Part shown: piece after piece, positions 25,600 to 37,939 of the stretch | Position numbering within the stretch: the stretch's first letter is position 1 | Layout: each line of letters starts with the position of its first letter | Origin: the human T2T-CHM13v2.0 reference genome, Homo sapiens | Reading direction: 5' to 3' (one strand) | NCBI RefSeq assembly: GCF_009914755.1 | Contig: NC_060927.1 | Length of the DNA stretch: 64,000 nt | Made by a program: the position numbers and the translations under genes | Notes under the pieces: model-generated | Seen by the model: only the letters and a program-made list of their open reading frames with translations | Databases searched by the model: none | What the model was told of the DNA's origin: nothing

Positions 25600-26000
25600 T
25601 TAAGAAAATCAGTTTTTAGTTACAAAAGTTATACATGCTTATTGGAAGACATTGCAATAATGCAAAAATAACTAAAACCGAGATTCTGACTCTAACTTCT
25701 ACTCCTTAGTGGTTACAACTAATAACACTTCAGCATTATGTTTCTAGACCTCTTAAATTTCTGTAAAAAAGTATATACTGTATGTATATGTAGAAATATT
25801 TTCTTTTACAAAAATGCAATACATGTATTTACTTTTTTTGCTTTAAAAAGATTATAAACAACTTCCAACTTTTCTGTACTGCTACTCATTCTTTTTAACC
25901 CTTGCATAATATTGATTGGATACCTCATAATTTAATTACTCTATTTTTTTATAGGAATGAAAATCACTTCCAAATTGTTATTACCATTTCTGCCATGTGT
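25600..26000 (-). mobile_element. Old L1ME-like fragment
   Basis: ttacaaaagttatacatgctta...tttctagacct...ctcattctttttaa...cataatttaa. Confidence 0.45.
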
Positions 26001-26243
26001 TGTTTTATTTTAAAGATTTGTATCAGGCTTCATGTGGAAAAATATAATTCAAGCAGAAATTTAAATTTCAATTGATAGGCAAGAGTTCAATTTAGCTCAT
26101 TGCATAAAGGCACAGGGCTGTCTAGGAAGTATCTAGTGAAAAAGAAATGACTGGATCTTGCATGGGCTTGACAATGCTGTGTTTCCTTTATAATATGACT
26201 TGGAAGCTTGTTTTATTTCTGCCAGCTTTCTCTCATCAGTTTC

Positions 26244-26560
26244 TGTGTCAGACAGTGGAGGCTAACTGACTCAACAATCATCCCAACCCTCTTCCTCTTG
26301 CCCACCTCCCCTATAAGACTCAGGAAAGCTGAAGATTCACTTCCTAGTCTCCTATGCAGTGAAAGGTGTTCAGGAACACAGCAGCCATTTTGTGACAATG
26401 AGGCAAAGACTGTAAGAATCAAAGAAATGACCCAGACATCATCAATACCAGTAGTCACCTAGCTCTAGACTTCCTGATATGTGTGAAAAACAAACCCCTA
26501 TTTGTTTAAGGCCCCGTAGGTCAGACTTTCTGTTATCTACAGCCAAATATTCTGCCATGT
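26244..26560 (+). mobile_element. MLT1J-like LTR
   Basis: gcagccattttgtgacaatgagg...ctctagacttcctgatatgtgtgaaaaacaaacccctatttgtttaag...tttctgttatctacagccaaa. Confidence 0.75.
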
Positions 26561-27867
26561 GGTGCAGTCCCCAGACTAGTCATTTCAGAAAATGAAAACA
26601 GAAACTTCTTTTGCCATGTAAGTAACTTGGAGTTTTCCTTCTGTAGGGCCTATTCTGAATTCCCCAGTTGATGGCATGAAGTATCAATTCTGTAAGGCTG
26701 CTTTTGCCTGAGAAGATTTCACACAAATCACAAAGCAGTTAGAAGGGCACGGTATTCAATTTTTGACAGGTAGCATGAAATGGAATGCAGGATGGACCAC
26801 ATTGGGGCCATTTAAGAGCACAGGTAGTTATATATTGTAGACAGGAAAACACACATAGCTCTGTGGAGGAAAGCCTTTTAACAATACTTCTCAGTGCCTC
26901 CAAATAAAAGACAATTGCATGTCTTCCAGGGACAACTTGCAGTTTTTATCTTCACATGAAGTTCCCATCTGAGGTTTTACAAGGTTATTCACAAAAGCCT
27001 TCTGGGTCAAAGTATTATACACCCATAGCAGTAACCATAAACTGATGGCTGAGAAAATGACTGGTCAATTTCCTTAGAAAAATACGATTATCAGTAGGAG
27101 AAGAAAAACTAAAAGAAAGAATTAGACAAAGATCAGTAGGAATGGAACATTAAGCTTTAGAGGCATTCATCTGTCTACTGGGGGCCTCCTGTATAGGGAG
27201 TGGAGCATGAGGGAGGCCGCAGTTAACAAAACCTTTCTGCGCTGGAAAATATCCTGACAGTACATATTCCTCGCTTTTTTATGGCTACTATTGAGGTAAT
27301 CAGCTTTGTTCCCAGAAATGCCCTTTGGGGGTGTTGAGGACTAATCATCAGTTCAAGACAAATCATGAAAGGAGATGGGACAAGAGGGGGACATCAAAGC
27401 AGGGAGGAGGGGGAGGCTCTGGGCCTCTTTAACCTATGAGCTGTTGAATTGTGAAGCTGCATGAAAGTGAGGAACCTGGCACCCTTAGCTGTGGGTGGCT
27501 GACAATTAGGAGGAGGAACTTGTCAAGTGTAATTGGCATAACCTACTCACATCAGGCTTTTCAAATATTCCTATCATGCCAGACTAACTCCCTCCCCACG
27601 GCAGCCTGCGATGCTGCGGAGTGGAGGCTTGGGTGTTGCTGAGGCACAGTACGTGAGCTACCACCTGCAGCAATGGGGACGATCAGGGCTTTGTCTTACA
27701 GATGCTTCATGTAGCCCTCATCTGACTTTCTGAACATTGATGTGACAGAGAAGGCCTCAGTTAGAAAGCCCATCTTCAATATTTCTGTATGAGTCTTTCC
27801 ACAGTGTGCTCCATCAGAGAGAGACCCTTTTCACACTCCTGGGCGAGTTGGGAAGAAGGAAGACACT

Positions 27868-28090
27868 TTAGAGAAAGGCAGACCTGACTGCTTCACTTAG
27901 GAGTAGATCATGTGACCTTGGACTTGCTGTTTAACCTCTGTTTCCTCATCTGTAAAATGAGGGGTTATATTTCTACTTTAGGATGTTGTTGAGAGGATTA
28001 AATAAGCCAATGTAATGATGGACTTACTGAGGAGACTGACACAGAAAACTAAATATAATTATTTTATTATTACTATCATCATCATCATTA
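27868..28090 (+). mobile_element. MIR SINE
   Basis: tgtgaccttgg...aacctctgtttcctcatctgtaaaatgagggg...ggatgttgttgagaggattaaat. Confidence 0.85.
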
Positions 28091-28299
28091 CAATGTTACT
28101 ATTCAGTTACACAGTGCTAAAATGCCCCTTTTCAAGCACTTCATCCTTCTATTGCCCATTCCTTCATATATTTGCTTACTCAATAAAATTTGTGAGCCAC
28201 CGACAATGTTTTGGCCCAAATGGGGAATACAAAGATACTGAAGCATGGTCCTGTTGGCAAAGGATTTGCCTATTGTCTGGGGAAGTAAGACACTTCCTT

Positions 28300-28975
28300 A
28301 TCTTCCACCTTCCGCCAATCCACTTACCAGTGTAATCAGTGTGGCCTTTCTAAACTGCAATTTTTTTAATGCCTCTCCCTTGCTGAAAACCTATTCTGCT
28401 TGCAAGACCCACGTGTCTTCACATTGACAAACTATTTCTGTAAGAGTCAGATAGTAAATATGTTTGGCTTTGCAGACCACAGGCTGTCTGTTATAAGTGC
28501 TCAACTTTGTCATCAGAGCATGAAAGCATCCATAAATAGATGAAGAGATGAGGCTGGATATGGCCACGGGCTGTCGTTTTTGGATCCCTGGTAGCCCATA
28601 CCTGACATATTTCTGCCTGCCTCTTAAACTGAGTAACTCTCTTCTTTTTCTCTTACAACATATGCAGACTTACCAAATGCACAGCCCAAATGTGCCACAC
28701 TTGCTCATTTGTGTGTCTTTGACTTACTCCTCTCTGCCTAAAACACCCTTCTCCCTCTTACCTGGATAACTCAGGCCCATTTTCCTGGTTTCTGCTTAGC
28801 TATCCATTCCTCCAGACAGCTATGTCCCCCTTCCCTCCCCTGCAATTATATACCACATATTCCCCTAACGTGCTCCAATTTCTGCCACCACAGTAAAGCA
28901 CCATTGCAGTGCCTGTTCATTAGCTTGTCTGTGTCTTGAAATAGACAGCAAGTTCCCTGGAGGTAGGGGAAGGAT
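28300..28975 (+). mobile_element. L2 fragment (split by MER58A)
   Basis: ctttctaaactgcaa...ctctcccttgctgaaaacc; ...ttcctccagaca...tagacagcaagttccctggaggtagggg. Confidence 0.6.
28420..28590. mobile_element. MER58A (hAT-Charlie), internally deleted
   Basis: caaactatttctgtaagagtcagatagtaaatatgtttggctttgcagacca...ggctggatatggccacgggctgt...ccctg. Confidence 0.8.
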
Positions 28976-29003
28976 ATTGATTGATTGATTGATTGATTGA
29001 TTG
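28976..29003 (+). repeat. (ATTG)7 STR
   Basis: Read directly. Confidence 0.9.
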
Positions 29004-29009
29004 TATTTC

Positions 29010-29445
29010 TTTTTAGTTCAACAAGCATTTAGGGAGCACCAACTTCATGCCAAGCACTGTGCAAGGTGGTAGAGATTCAGCAATAAACAAAAACAAGTGT
29101 ATTGCCTTTTCTTAGGGAAGTGGTAAAACAAAGCATAAGCAAAGGATTAAATAATACCAAACACATACCTATATTTAAAAGTCTGCTCGTGTTAAAAAAT
29201 AGAATAATGGGAGCCGAGGTGGGTGTGTACTAAAATGAGGAAGCCTAGTTAGTGTAGTCAAAGATTTCCTCCTTAAAAAAGAAAAGAAAGGATGAGAAGA
29301 AACCCTTCGTGCAAACCATGTGAGGACAGAAGTTTCAGCTGAAGGAGACAGACAGCATGAAGGTCCTACAGCTGGAGGGAGCTCAGTTTATTTGGAGACA
29401 GCCAGAGAGACTAGAATGCGGTAAGCTAGAAGCTGAGATCAGGTG
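29010..29445 (-). mobile_element. L2 3' portion
   Basis: ttcaacaagcatttagggagcacc...tgccaagcactgtgcaagg...gagattcagcaataaacaaaa. Confidence 0.7.
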
Positions 29446-29537
29446 GTTAGGGAAATATGACTCCTTTGTTATCATAGTCCTGGGTACTTGTAGTGCCTGC
29501 AAAGTAAAATGTGCCCACTCAGTTACTGTTTGATAAC

Positions 29538-30000
29538 TGTCTTAGTCATGTTTCCCAAAAGGAGATTCTGAGACGAGAATTTTGGTTCAATAAGTTTATT
29601 TGGGGAGCAATGATGGGAAGCACAATGACAAGTGGGCGGTGGGATGGGGAAGGAAGGAAAGCCAGCCAACGATGTGTGGTGAGCAGGTTGCTTCTGTGGG
29701 AAACTGGGGCTCGGTCTCAATGAGCACCCTCTGAACACACCTCAAAATTGTCCCCCAAAAGGGCAAGAACATTGGAGATTTTACCCACCAATTTCCTTCT
29801 CACACTGTTTGAAAGCTGCCAGGGAATTAGCTCCTGGGGACGTCTACCTTGCTCCAGTCTCAGGCCAAGCACACGTATGCTAGCTGTGAATGCCCTCGGC
29901 AGAGAAATTCAGGTATGTGAGGAAGGAAGTCTTTGGTGTGTATGAGGACTGACCCCATGAAGCTGCAGCTATCAGCAGGGCATCAACAGCCTCTGCTATA
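29538..30000 (-). mobile_element. LTR16/LTR33-family ERVL solo LTR
   Basis: tgtcttagtc...ctgagacgagaattt...gtttatttgggg...ggaaggaaggaaagcca...catcaacagcctctgctata; perfect TSD ataac. Confidence 0.85.
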
Positions 30001-30134
30001 ATAACTAACTAAATAAGTGAGTAAGTAATTGAGTGGATGAATGAGTGAATGAATGATTATACCTAATGGAAAAGGAGTGAATCAACAAAACAAGCCCAAA
30101 GTGAATGAAGGTCCCTGGCCCAAGTGAGTACCTT

Positions 30135-30310
30135 GGTGGCAATGGAGTTGTGTAGATCTCCTCCTGGTCCAAATTTAGAGGCAGTATGTTCATAGCTTGG
30201 AATTGGCCATGGTGGAAATACTTGCACTGTGGAAACTGGCAAATGCTATAAAACACAGCTTTATTCCTGGGAGATTTGTTTGTTGGCAAACTCAACTTAG
30301 TGGTACCAAC
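30135..30310 (-). mobile_element. MER63A (hAT-Blackjack)
   Basis: tagcttggaattggccatggtggaaatacttgcactgtggaaactggcaaatgcta. Confidence 0.7.
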
Positions 30311-30367
30311 CACTTGGTCTCAGTCTCCAAACTGAGTGGTACCAACTACTTGGTTTCAATCTCCCAA
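30295..30367 (+). repeat. Two-copy ~36-bp tandem duplication
   Basis: acttagtggtaccaaccacttggtctcagtctccaa / actgagtggtaccaactacttggtttcaatctcccaa. Confidence 0.85.
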
Positions 30368-31611
30368 CCCCTTACCTACCAGTCTCCTGACTCTTGTTTC
30401 TTCCAGGATTGGTACATGAAGGTTGTGTACCAGGCCTTGGGAGATGTCCCCTCCCTGACTTCACTGCAGACCAAGCATCCCTACAAGTGCCATTAATCAG
30501 CCTGATTTTCTGTCCTCCTCCAACCTATTGCATTTAACTATGACTTGCAAATTAACCAGAAGGATTAATATCACCTTTCATTGATATTCCGTGTGTGGTT
30601 CTATTAGCACACAAGGATTGAGCTGCTTGCCCTTTTCCCAGGGGAAAACCTTTGATGTCACTAACTGCAAAGATATCGTTACTGCTATGGGTGATTTTGG
30701 TTTATGGATGACTATTAAGCTAGAAAACACAGGACAATTTTGTTCTGTTCCACCTAAATGCATTTCTAATCAGGCTGCATAGAAGGGGATTCTCTGTTGG
30801 CTGATCCTGTCAATTTTGAGAGTAATTTTTTGTAAGGAACAGAGCCGTAGATCATCTAAGACAGTAGTGAAATGAGAGTTCATTGCAGGTGATTTATTTT
30901 GGTCTCCTGAACTCAAGGGAGGTGAATGATTGGGCCAGTGGTTATGATATTGATTATATTAGAATGTGCTGGAGGGTGAGGTGTCTGCTTTGTTTGAGGA
31001 GTATCAGGAGCTTAAGAAAAGATGGGAATACAGAGGTTTTATAATTCTACTTGAATGGGTAAATGGACTTTTGCCCCTGGGTTACACCTTCAATGTCTGG
31101 TAAGGTGAGCTAGTGCACCACATTAACAGAAAGAAGGCACTGTGCTGGCTGAAGATAGATGTGTGGAGCCTAGAATTTGAAGAGCATAGCGCGCACACAC
31201 ACCACCATGTCTTTACATCTCTCATCAACTTGCTTATAGTATTACAGAGTCATCCTCAAATGGAGATCTGTCTCTCTAGTTCCTCTATCTCACTTATTTC
31301 TACACCAACCCCCTCACACTGTCCCCTCAGGCTTTTCTCACTCCTTAGCCTTCCAGGTCTCACCCCCAGTTTTCATTCCATCCTGGCTATATAACAGAAA
31401 GTTATTCTATCTTTTCTGTCTCTCCAAAGGGGAAATTGTCTACATTAGGAATTGCACTTAGTTTTGCAGAACTGAGCATCTGCAAGACAAACCTTCTCAG
31501 CTGCTAGCATTAATGGCCTCTCGAGCATCAGTGGTCAAGCAAGGAATACCATGTCTCTTTATGTCTTCCAAGGTCCTCCTTCTAAATTCTTCCACCCCAC
31601 CAAGCGTAAAA

Positions 31612-32034
31612 AGTGGAAGAAAGGTAGGGAGGAAGAAAGAGAAGGAGAGAGAGAGGAAGGAAGGAAGAATAGAGGAAGGGAGGGAGGGAGGAAGGGAGGG
31701 GGGAGGAAGGAAGGAAGGAAGGAAGGAAGGAAGGAAGGAAGGAAGGGAGGGAGGGAGGGAGGGAGGGAGGGAGGGAAGGAAGGGAAGGGAGGGAAGCAAG
31801 GGAAGGAAGGAAGGAGGGAAGGGAAGGGAAGGAAGGAAGGAAAGGAGGGAGAGAAGAAGGAAGGAAGGAAGGGAGGGAGGGAAGGAAGGGAAGGGAGGGA
31901 AGGAAGGGAAGGGAGGGAAGCAAGGGAAGGAAGGGAAGGAAGGAAGGAGGGAAGGGAAGGGAAGGAAGGAAGGAAAGGAGGGAGAGAAGAAGGAAGGAAG
32001 GGAGGGAGGGAGAGAAGAAGGAAGGAAAGAAAGA
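31612..32034 (+). repeat. Polypurine (GGAA)n/(GGGA)n compound microsatellite
   Basis: (GGAA)10 at 31705-31744 and (GGGA)8 at 31745-31776; only two C (31797, 31921) between 31671 and 32034. Confidence 0.97.
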
Positions 32035-32299
32035 TAAAAAGGACAAATCACCTACTCTGCTTTGGTAATGAGCTTCCAGATAATGTGATTTTGAGACACT
32101 CAGGAGAAACATGGAGAACCTCAGGTCATCAAAGCACCCATGGTGCATTTCTGGGTGAAGAAGACTGGACCATTTGAGAATCAACTCTTACCGATGTGGC
32201 AAAAAAACATCATTCTTCCCCCAACCATAGAGCTAATTAGAATCCTAACTTGGGAAGTCTAGAGACCCAGGATCCTACTTTCAACTCTCATTTTTTGCG

Positions 32300-32575
32300 G
32301 GGCTTCCCCTCACTCATCTTCCAGGTGTTAGCTTAAATGTAACACCCCCCCAGGTATAACCTCCTGTCCAGAATAACTCCCCTCAAAACGTGAAACACAA
32401 TTTGAGATTATTTTATTTGTATGTGCTTTTTGATTGTGTCTCCCATATCTAGCATTAAGCCCCATGGTGGGTGGGAAACTTCCTTATCCTTGTCTTTTCT
32501 GTGACTATTTAATTTTTCTGTTCCCCAACAGCTGGCACATAGCAAATCTGTCATTAAACATCCAATGATTGAAGC
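32300..32575 (+). mobile_element. L2 3' end
   Basis: cttcccctcactcatcttccagg...gcttaaatgtaac...gctggcacatag...taaacatccaatgattgaa. Confidence 0.55.
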
Positions 32576-32582
32576 ATGTTAG

Positions 32583-32705
32583 TCTTGATTTGGTAGATGT
32601 GGGAACTGAGGTTTAGAGAAGTGAAGTGATTTGCCCGGTGTCACACAGCTAGGAAATGGGCTCAAGCTTAGGTCTGCCTCACCCCAGAACTGCTCTGCTC
32701 CCCCA
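32583..32705 (-). mobile_element. MIR core
   Basis: agatgtgggaactgaggtttagagaagtgaagtgatttgcccggtgtcacacagctagg. Confidence 0.8.
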
Positions 32706-33027
32706 TGTAAGGAGGAATGGTTGGGCGAGTAACTGGGAGGGGAATCAGTGGGAAGATTTCTGAAGTCCCCTCCCACTCTTTCAAGGCAACACCTAGAGAA
32801 TCTCAGGCCCCTGGAGAGCCTCCAGTCCCCTCTCCTCACTGTGTCTTGATGTATTCCAATTACGGGACCAGGCCACTGGCAGATTTTCTCTGGAGGAGTT
32901 GATTTCACGCTCCAAAATACAGAAGGATCTGACTCTTCCAGTGTTATACAGACATCGTATGTTCAATCCTCACCAAACCCATGTGAATTTAATATCAATC
33001 ATATAGTATGATTTCCCTTTAAGCAGT

Positions 33028-33613
33028 TGTCATGCTCAGGGTCAGGTTCCTGCCCCAGCTGAGGGCAGAGGGGAGTGGGTGGATGTGAGGCAGGGAGCTA
33101 GAAGAACACTTGAGAGATAGCAGGTAAATGAGACATGGCTTTATTCAGCAGCTCTCTCATCAGCAGCTTACTCACACCTTTATCTCGGCTGCCTGCTCTG
33201 GCTCTTCAGCTCGTCTAAGCAGCTGGCTCCCATGCACAGCTGCATGGCCAGCCTGCAAGGCCAGCTCTAGGGTTAGCAGCTTAACTCTATTTCTGGGCAC
33301 GAGCAAGCCGAGCCACGTGCTGGCTCCCCACTGTCCATCTGCTAGATATTCATTCTCCCTTACAGGGATCAGTAGCTTCACTTTTTCTCTGGGTGCCTGC
33401 ACCTGCACAAGAGCCATGTTGGGCCCAAGAGCATGTCAGCAGGGAAGTTACACCTTTTCCAGACAATAGCGGCTTTGAGCCAAGTATGAGCTTACACAAA
33501 TAGGGTATATAACTAGTGGAGTATGCGCCTGCACTCTAAACTTGCTAAGTCATGCAGGCCTGGATGTCTGCCTCAGCCTGTTCGTTGATCAAAGTACATC
33601 CATGTACCTTACA
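33028..33613 (-). mobile_element. LTR18B solo LTR (HERVL18)
   Basis: Minus strand begins tgtaaggtacatggatgtactttgatcaa...gacatccaggcctgcatgact; TG..CA ends; perfect TSD gcagt; minus-strand AATAAA at 33140-33145. Confidence 0.85.
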
Positions 33614-34319
33614 GCAGTGAGGACTATGGGGAAGGGAGAAATGTAACCTGGAAGCCCATAGGTATCATATTTAACTCAATTACAATGCCTTGTGTTTTCA
33701 GAGGTCAAGAGAAGTAAAAAGAAAAAATTGTGGTGTATGTGGTTTCAATAGTCATGACACCTCCTTTCCACGTATCTAACATTTTGAACTAGTTAAATAC
33801 ATAACTATCATTCCTTCTTAAGTTTATTATATGATGGTATTAATAATACCTTACTGTATATAAAGCACTTAATATAAGATGAAAAGCCAAGGTAGTTTCT
33901 TTATAGCTGTTGAGCACTGAAATGGACAAGATTTGTTTTTATATCCTTCAATTCCAATTTGTTACATTTTAACGTCTCAAGGATTTTTTTGAATGAAGCA
34001 TTTTGAAACAATTATGTTATTCTACCATATCTTTCCTATAGGAATATTAAGCTTCACGCACACATGCCTCACAATATTGTTGCCACTAGGAAATATGACC
34101 ATGTATGTTACATGCTGGACACAATGCTTGGCCCATAGTAGGCACTTTAAAATGGTCACAATGTACAATCCCTTCTTACTTTTATGTGCACAATTGCCTA
34201 TCACACACTTATGACTCCTGCCCCCAGAGAAATGTAAATATCACACAAATCTCTGCATGAATTGGAAGAGGGTAGCATGTAAATACATATTCCGTCTCAC
34301 TTAGTTTTCTCAGCGATTC

Positions 34320-34432
34320 AGAGAGACATAGGGGTTATCCCTGTTTTACAGATGAGGAAACTTGGAGACAGAAAGGGCTAGCTCCATTGCCACGGCATGG
34401 GGCTTTCGACTCCATCATTCCATTCTTTCTTA
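34320..34432 (-). mobile_element. MIR core
   Basis: ttatccctgttttacagatgaggaaacttggagacagaaagg. Confidence 0.7.
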
Positions 34433-35037
34433 CCAAAGACACTATCTTGACGTGGCCCAAAGGGTTGGGACATCCAGTGTTGGCTGATGAAAACTAGAAT
34501 TAAGCATTGAACCATTAAAATCACCTTCTCTTTATTTCTATTAATACTACTAATACTAATTGCTTACAGGAAGAGAGCATTTGGTCATGAGGAGTAAGCA
34601 AGTCCACACCAGGGGCCTAAAGATGGGGTTCCCTTCAGCTTCAGCATTCTGTGTCTCAACCCTAGATTGTGGAGCGACCTAGAATAGCTTCTGAATGCTT
34701 CATCAAATCCTGTGCAACGAAAGCTAACAAAGTTAAAAAGATCAGTTTTTCTGGACTGCTTGGATGTTGGCTCACTGGGGCAGACAGCCAGACAGATTTG
34801 GCTAGGGATTAAGCCTAAATTTCCTATTTTATGGCCTGGAACATCTTATTAAGGAGCATCTGCTATTTACAGTAATATTCGTTAACATTGATTGAGAGCT
34901 TACGCAGTGCCAGGACCTGTTCTAAATTCTTTCCACATATTAACACATTTTACTCTTACTACAATCCTTATATCTTTTGGTCAAGTTCTTTCCATTTTAA
35001 AAATACAGATTTTAAAAACTAGTCACTTAAAACTGCC

Positions 35038-35071
35038 ACACACATGCACACACACATACACACACACACAC
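35038..35071 (+). repeat. Imperfect (CA)n
   Basis: Read directly. Confidence 0.85.
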
Positions 35072-36380
35072 GTGACTCACAAAATATTGCTTTGCCTGTG
35101 AAGGTTTCACAATGCCTTGTTATCGTCAGCCAGTCTTTTTCTATTAAAGATAAATGGCCAATTGAGACAAAACAATTCTGAGGCTTTTTTTCTACCCTTG
35201 ATTAAGATTGAGGTGGCAGGAGTTATAGATAATATTCATTTCACCTTCTGAACTTTCTGGAAAGACCTGGTGATCTTGCCAGCTCCAGCAGCCTTCTTGT
35301 CCACAGCAACTGTCTGTGTCACACCGCAAATAGCAAAATGACCCAGAAGAGTTAACATCAATGCTATTTTTCAGTGAGGAAATCAAGACATGAGGAAATT
35401 AAGCAGCTTTCCCAAGGTCACATTCCAGAGCCCTTGACCCCAGTTGACTTCTGTGCAATAACTCCTCTCACTATGCAAAATGAGCTGGTGTTTCCAGTAG
35501 TGACCCCAAACTATTGTAAGAAGCTGAATTCCAAAGTTAAGATAAATTGGAATACTGCAGCATGTTAGTGTTAGGTGCATTTGATCGACTTCCTTTAGAA
35601 ATGACCAAGAAATTCTTTTGAGCTTAGCCAAATTATGAAATGAACAAAGTTTAGCATTTGCTTATGTCCCCTCTTAGGCCATCCTGTCTTCCAAGTGTCT
35701 CTTCTTTCTAGGAGACCTCTCAGAGTCCCTGCTCCTAATTATTGGTGCCTGGTTCCCCACAGATTCACATTCTACACCAGGATAGACCATGACATTAACT
35801 GTTGAAACTTTTAATAGTTGACTTAGAAACAGCAACCAACACAGAGATGTAACCACCAGTGAAAGTTGGAAGCTGAAATATACTGAGATCTTGTGCTCTA
35901 AAATAGCACCTCTTAGAAACTCACCTACTCTTCCTCAAACTCAGCTCTAGAATTCTCCGACCATGACTTTGAAATATTGATGTATATTATTCCAAAAGAC
36001 AAATCATATTATGGTAGAAAATAAAGACAAACAAAGAGAAGAAAGCAAGGATACACCCCCACATCTTCCTACCTGGAGACATCCATTATTAACTAGTTGG
36101 TGTAGTGCTATCCAGGCCTTTGACTATGGGATTATGCCTCTCCCCTCTGAGACACGACAGCTCTTTACACACTCAAACACAGCTATTTTGGCTTTGTCTT
36201 TAATTATTCTCCAAGCCACATTTCTTTCACTTGCCAGACAATTATTTTAGACACCATGTCCCCAGTCCTCACTCCATTCTACCTTCATCTTCCAGCTGAA
36301 CCAAGGGCAATGCTCTTCTTCAGAAGGACCATAAATTCCCTCAATCCAGACATTAAGCTCCTTTTGATATATCTCATTAG

Positions 36381-36557
<177 letters not shown>

Positions 36558-37035
36558 TAGGGAATGGTGGTTCATGCTTGTTAGCCTCACAGGGGGTTAT
36601 TTCTTTCTTCTGTGCTTTGTCTCAGAAAAAATGCAGTCTTCCAGGGACTTCTGGGTAAACAGAAAGTATTCTGCCTGCACCCACGGAATGCCCAAACACA
36701 GTGCCCACTCACCACCTAGTGTGGGCACTGGGAGGATTTATGAGTTGTGCCTTCAAGACAGAACTGACTCTCCTCAAAAAAAAAGAAAAAATACTTGCTA
36801 CAAAGAGAAGGAGGGAGGGAAAAAGAAAGGGAGATTGGAGAAGTAATTTTAAAATACGATCAAATAAATTCAAGAAATATTTTTAGCACTGTGCCTTTCT
36901 AATGCACATTTTGAAATCAACAAGAATGACAGATTGTTTCCCAAATACATTTGACTGTAGAAACTTCTTCTTCACTGAGTATCCAAGAGGATCTGTATAC
37001 TATGGAACACATCCTTAATATTTATATATTAAGTG

Positions 37036-37072
<37 letters not shown>
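37036..37072 (+). repeat. (TA)n(TG)n compound microsatellite
   Basis: Read directly. Confidence 0.9.
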
Positions 37073-37939
37073 ATACATATAAAGTGAACTGTTCCTAGTC
37101 TAAGACAAAGATGACTCAGTTCATAGGTGATGAATCATCATAGAGACGTAGCATTGATACCAATATTCTTAATAGTTTTTAAGAGTAGAGCTGACAAAAG
37201 TTGCAAATACCTTGCTCAAGTAGATACTCTCCTAACTAACTAATAAAAGAGTAGAAAGCTCAGAAATATTAAGCACGTAATCCCTGAAAATTTAGTACAA
37301 AGTGCTGTGCTGTGCTGGTGGAAGTGGACGTGCAAGTGCATGACTTCTGAAAGCTCTGGACCAACCCATTGGCTTCTGGAGGAGAGTGGCCAAGCCAACG
37401 CATGCTTTCAGATTAACATGCAGGATCTAGGACAGGAGATGAAAACTGCCAATGGCCGGGCAGCGGGGCTGGGATGCTTGGTAACATTATACATGAGATC
37501 ATAAGCTCGGCATGGCTTCTACAGTGATTTCCCACTAAGAGATGTGGCAGGAGCAGGTAACTTAAAAGTCAATCTCTCAAGATTTAAAAGTCAGCAAGTC
37601 TCTAAACATTGAACTACCAGAGCCCAGGACTCTCAGTCTTTTCCTCAAACTGGAGGAGAGTAATCAAGAGACCTATCTGAACTGGAAGAGTGCCTGAGCT
37701 GGTGTGGCGGTGGAGAGCAGGGTAATATCTAATTTCATAAAATCCCTGCTTAAGGATACAATGTGAGAAGACACTTCAAGCACAGTTTCCTGCACTGGGC
37801 TTCTTTAATTTCTTCCCAAGACTACAAATTCAAATGATTGGCCCAGTGAAAGGCAACTAGAGAAATTAGATCAAAATGTATTGCCATCTATAGCAGCCCC
37901 CTCATTTAAAAGATTTTTACCTGGGTTCTGAAACAAATA

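Noticed and set aside
31497-32184. Longest ORFs in the track (174-208 aa, on both strands)
   Set aside because: They are translations of the GGAA/GGGA tract, which cannot contain stop codons; low-complexity G/R/K/E or P/S/L/F peptides
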